This document shows positions 29,420 to 33,466 of a DNA stretch of 33,466 nucleotides, piece by piece. The notes below the pieces were generated by a model. That model worked only from the letters and a program-made list of their open reading frames with translations. It searched no databases and was not told the DNA's origin. Position numbers and translations under genes: made by a program. Within the stretch, counting starts at the first letter, position 1. The number at the start of each line of letters is the position of its first letter. This DNA comes from Macrostomum lignano. Its lineage: Eukaryota. The stretch lies in assembly GCA_002269645.1 (NCBI GenBank), contig NIVC01004848.1, forward strand, positions 1 through 33,466. Direction: 5' to 3'.

Positions 29420-29700
29420 CTTAAGGTCTTAACATCCGAGGATATGGTAAATTGGATGTCTAACACCCTGAGGATCTGGGAGGGTGATGGTCTTAACAAT
29501 CCGATGATATGCATGGTAAATTGGATGCAACACCTGAGAGAATATGGGAGGATGACGGTGTAACACCAAAGAATATGGGACATGTCTGGTATAATACCCG
29601 AGGATACAACATACATGATTGGAGCAATGACAGTCTAACACCCGGAGGGTCTAAAGAGAGTGCAGCGGTCGAAGGTCTAACATTCGAGGTTCTTGGAGAG
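29420..29700. repeat. Old, highly degenerate tandem repeat of ~32-33 bp (TCTAACACCCGAGGAT...-like)
   Basis: Recurrent (C/T)TAACA(C/T)CC..GAGGAT motifs; TGGTAAATTGGATG occurs twice. Confidence 0.55.
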
Positions 29701-30369
29701 TTCAAGGGGCTTCTAGAGAAATTTACGTACAAATTTTTAGCAGCATATCCCCCTGCTCAAATTTAAGAGACCAGGTTAAGTAGCCAGCTTAAGCATTAAT
29801 TAATCAACTCCTGGGAGACAGTTTGGCTTGTTTGAAACTCAGCAGCCATGTGTTACTGGATCAGACTGACTGCGGTGGTTCACACGACATGGAAGCACCT
29901 AGCACCTTTGCACCTCCGATTATAACAGCGCAGGGAAACCAATGAGCTGCCGCCGATATATCTTAACAATTCTTAAGTCAATAGATGGCACAATGGATAA
30001 CTCCAACTCCCGAGACTGCCAATGAGCCAAGCAAACGCCCGGTCATTGTCTGCAGAGAGCTGTTCCACTAGCCTCGAAGCTGCAGCAAATTGTCAAGCTT
30101 TTTCTCATACCAAGTATCGACTAGCTTGGTCAGCCACCAATTTCAGTAGGTAAACAGCTCGATGGCGTGTTGATATCATCATCAAGCTCAAATATAGAGC
30201 ACGTTATGGCAGCCGGGTCAAAGATAGAGCCAATACCCAATTTCTTACTTTTTAACAATTTAAAGAGAGTGCTCGAATTATTGTGTTATTTTGTAGTTTT
30301 CTTTCTCATCTAAGCCCATCCTCCCCCAACTCTCAGCACCAGTCTAATTCGTCTGTTTTTGTACTTTTT

Positions 30370-30862
30370 TATGTGCGCACTTTCTCTCTCCGCATGCCCA
30401 TCTCTCCTGCGTCTCTCTACCCCAACCCAGTTTTGCATCTATGTGCGCACTTTCTCTCCCTGCGAGCCCCTCTCTCCTGCGCCTTTCTACCCCAACCCAG
30501 TTAGTCTGTGTGCATTTATGTGCGCACTTTCTCTCTCGGCGAGCCCCTCTCTCCCGCGCCTCTCTGCCCCAACCCAGTTAGTCTGAGTGCATCTATGTGC
30601 GCACTTGCCTGCGTGCCCCTCTCTCCTGCGCCTCTCTGCCCCAACCCAGTTAGTCTGTGTGCATCTATGTGCGCACTTTCTCTCCCGCGAAGCCCCTCTC
30701 TCCTGCGCCTCTCTGCCCCAACCCAGTTAGTCTGAGTGCATCTATGTGCGCACTTTCTCTCCCCGCGAAGCCCCTCTCTCCTGCGCCTCTCTGCCCCAAC
30801 CCAGTTAGTCTGAGTGCATCTATGTGCGCACTTGCCTGCGTGCCCCTCTCTCCTGCGCCTTT
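30370..30862. repeat. Tandem repeat, ~70-78-bp unit (TATGTGCGCACTTTCTCTC...CCCAACCCAGTTAGTCTGAGTGCATC), ~6.5 copies
   Basis: TATGTGCGCAC starts at 30370, 30440, 30517, 30594, 30666, 30743 and 30821. Confidence 0.92.
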
Positions 30863-31430
30863 GTCCCGTTCCTGCCTCCTTTTTCCGTCCTAATTTATGT
30901 TCTTTAAATTCATAGCATAAAACAAGAAGACAAAGGATTTTTAAAAACTAAATGATGTTCATCTGTAGGGTAAAAAACTAGATATGTAAGTGCAAATTTC
31001 ATTAACCAGTATATTTTGTCAACACTTACTTTTCTTAATCAAAGAGTCTGACTGTGCTAAAATAAGAAAAATTGCGTTGAAATTCAAACACACTAATAAT
31101 AATACTTACAGATAAAATAATCGATCATATACTAAAAAAATCTGTTTGACTAGCCAAAATGTACACAATGGCACTGCGTAATTTAATATAAGGAAGAATC
31201 CGTCGAAAGATTTTTAATGGTTACAAAAAAGGGTATATATGGTCAAAAATCTAAATCAAATGTCTGTTAACGTAGCAAAGAAATTTTAGGTTCAAGTTTA
31301 TACATGCAATTGGTACATAGGGTATTTACTGGAGAATTTAGGTATTCTTATTTTTTCCTTACTTTTCATCCCATCAGATTTCCTCTTTATCTCATTTTTA
31401 CCTCCCCTCGCATACTCCCCTTTCGATCCT

Positions 31431-32005
31431 CTTTCTACTCCCCTTCCACCCTCTCTCTACTCCCCTTTTATCCCATATCTCTACTTTCCTTCAATTCTCT
31501 CTCTACTCCCATTCCATCCTCTCTCTACTCCCCATTTATCCCATATCTCTACTTTCCTTCAATTCTCTCTCTACTCCCATTCCATCCTCTCTCTACTCCC
31601 CATTTATCCCATATCTCTACTTTCCTTCAATTCTCTCTCTACTCCATTCCATCCTCTCTCTACTCCCTTTTATCCCATATCTCTACTTTCCTTCAATTCT
31701 CTCTCTACTCCTCTTCTATCCTCTCTCTACTCCCCTTCCACCCTCCCTCTCTACTTCTCTTCCTTCCTCTCTACTCCCATTCCACCCTCTCTCTCTACTC
31801 CCATTCCACCCTCTCTCTCTACTCCCATTCCACCCTCTCTCTCTACTTCCATTCCACCCTCTCTCTCTACTTCCATTCCACCCTCTCTCTCTACTTCCAT
31901 TCCTTCCTCTCTCTACTCCCATTCCATCCTCTCTCTCTCTACTCCCATTCCATCCTCTCTCTCTACTCCCATTCCATCCTCTCTCTCTACTCCCATTCCA
32001 TCCCT
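31431..32005. repeat. Pyrimidine-rich tandem repeat of ~22-24-bp monomers (CTCTCTACTCCCATTCCAYC) with a 68-bp trimeric unit in the left half
   Basis: TATCCCATAT recurs at 31469, 31537, 31605 and 31671. Confidence 0.9.
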
Positions 32006-32080
32006 TTTTAATCCGCTCTCCCCCCGTTTCATCTACTCCTCTTCTCTTCTATATCATTCTCTAATCTCCATCTTATCTCC

Positions 32081-32490
32081 CAGGGGCGTAGCCAGGAATT
32101 TTGATTGGGGGGGGCCGTGAGTTAGAGGGCGCCAGCTTCTTATAGGGGGGGGGCGCCAGTTTCTTTTAGGGGGGGGGCGCCAGTTTCTTTTAGGGGGGGG
32201 GGCCCAGTTTCTTTTAGGGGGGGGGGGGCGCCAGTTTCTTTTAGGGGGGGGGGCGCCAGTTTCTTTTAGGGGGGGCGCCAGTTTCTTTTAGGGGGGGCGC
32301 CAGTTTCTTTTAGGGGGGGGGGGGCGCCAGTTTCTTTTAGGGGGGCGCCAGTTTCTTTTAGGGGGGGGCGCCAGTTTCTTTTAGGGGAGGGGCGCCAGTT
32401 TCTTTTAGGGGGGGGGCGCCAAGGCCAGAGTTGGTGATTGGGGGGGGGGGCGGCCCCGGCTTGCTTGCCCCTCCTCTGGCTACGCCCCTG
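32081..32490. mobile_element. hAT-superfamily MITE (410 bp) with an internal G-run minisatellite
   Basis: Perfect 15-bp TIR CAGGGGCGTAGCCAG...CTGGCTACGCCCCTG. Perfect 8-bp TSD TTATCTCC at 32073-32080 and 32491-32498. About 12 internal units of GCGCCAGTTTCTTTTA(G)n. Confidence 0.95.
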
Positions 32491-32553
32491 TTATCTCCCT
32501 CACCGCGTCATCCCAGCTCAGTCTCTGCTCATCTTGACTTAACTACAAAGTAC

Positions 32554-33172
32554 TCACAGCGGCGGCACAAGCACTGGCAACCAGACAGACACATCCTCAT
32601 TCTTAGCCGCATCGTATCCACTAGCGCAAGGGTTGGACAACAGCTGGGCATGACACGCCCTGCTGCAAGCCAGCGACAGCTCAAAAGTGGCCATCCTGTC
32701 CAATTCCGAATAGCAGACCACGGGAAAAGCGAACACGAACACGGCCGAATGGCAGACAATGCACAGAGCAGTTGGGCAGCCAGCCAGTTCTTGCAATGGC
32801 GAGGCAGACGCTGTTGAAACACGGCAGCAGTAGGATCTGGCGACTGTCCGGAACTAGATACAACAAAGCACCTGTGTACAGTTCGCAGCGCCAGCTCCTC
32901 GAGACTTGGCACACAGTTCACAACAGTCTCCTATTGTAGAAATTTCCCCAGGTAAAATCAAACAGGAAGCGACGTCTGATAGCGGATTAACGACACTCAG
33001 ACTGCAGTGGGTGGCCAGTGCTTGCGCATGGGGTCCCAGCTTGCCGCAACGGTACATGTACGATTGGAAAGGCGGCAAACGGTCCCAGCGTTGCAGCAGG
33101 CTGCCAGGGATGTAAGCCAGACGGGAGTTGCTGTCTGCGAACAGGTTCTGCAGGCTGGCATGGAGCCAAGGC
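32554..33172 (-). CDS. LRRC28: Terminal coding exon of an LRRC28-like gene (last LRR plus Cys-rich C-terminal domain), with two apparent 1-bp indels at ~32922 and ~32796
   Basis: Acceptor CTAACAG|G at 33173. Spliced-frame translation: LQNLFADSNSRLAYIPGSL...YRCG...LILPGEISTIG / CVPSLEELALRTVH...RLPRH / LQELAGCPTALCIVCHSAVF...SLACSRAC...TGA. This parallels human LRRC28 as I recall it (LQYVYVDNN..LP; VFLPAEVKAIG; VLPLQELAMR; LPRSLLELLHCPLGHCHRC; AYCCSTQC). Upstream exons lie outside the window. Confidence 0.72.
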
Positions 33173-33365
33173 CTGTTAGTTGGTTTGACAAAAATGCAAT
33201 TAGTTAGGACACAAAAAATCTATTTTTATTACTTTAAAAAGTAGTAGATTAAGCAATGCGACTGTAATGTGACAGAATGGTCTTAAAAAGCCTACCGAAA
33301 GTTTTTCAAAATGTCTTTGCTTGTTTGCTTGTAACTTCTTTGTTGCAGTGTAAGCGTATTGTGGT

Positions 33366-33466
33366 AATTGTCACTGCAGACAGGGCAATTGTCACTGCAG
33401 ACAGGGCAATTGTCACTGCAGACAGGGCAATTGTCACTGCAGACAGAGCAATTGTCACTGCAGACA
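33366..33466. repeat. Tandem repeat, 21-bp unit (AATTGTCACTGCAGACAGGGC), at least 4.8 copies, truncated by the window end; likely intronic to the LRRC28-like gene
   Basis: Direct inspection. Confidence 0.93.

Overview
Eukaryotic (metazoan, invertebrate-like) genomic DNA dominated by about 17 tandem-repeat or microsatellite arrays and four transposable elements. A flatworm such as Macrostomum is a plausible host, but that cannot be verified from the sequence. The centrepiece is an apparently full-length minus-strand non-LTR retrotransposon of the Loa/Lian-like (R1/I superfamily) type at ~13731-19120. It has ORF1, an APE-RT-RNase H-CCHC ORF2 broken only by four 1-bp indels with no in-frame stops, a TAATG stop/start overlap, a 3' stem-loop and a (GTAA)3 tail. 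It also has an uAUG-free ~560-nt leader ending in a strong double splice acceptor 10 nt before the ORF1 ATG, with no strong donor, which suggests possible SL trans-splicing. The other elements are a 5'-truncated RTE-clade LINE with an 11-bp TSD, a decayed Tc1/mariner deletion derivative with ~140-bp TIRs, and a hAT MITE (15-bp TIR, 8-bp TSD) carrying an internal minisatellite. Two host genes are supported: an intronless secreted PAN/apple + ConA/LamG-like protein (27736-28779, minus) and the terminal exon of an LRRC28-like gene (32554-33172, minus) that the ORF track splits across frames. Most long ORFs in the track are repeat artefacts. No CRISPR, rRNA or tRNA was seen. All protein family assignments come from motif recognition by eye, not from database searches.
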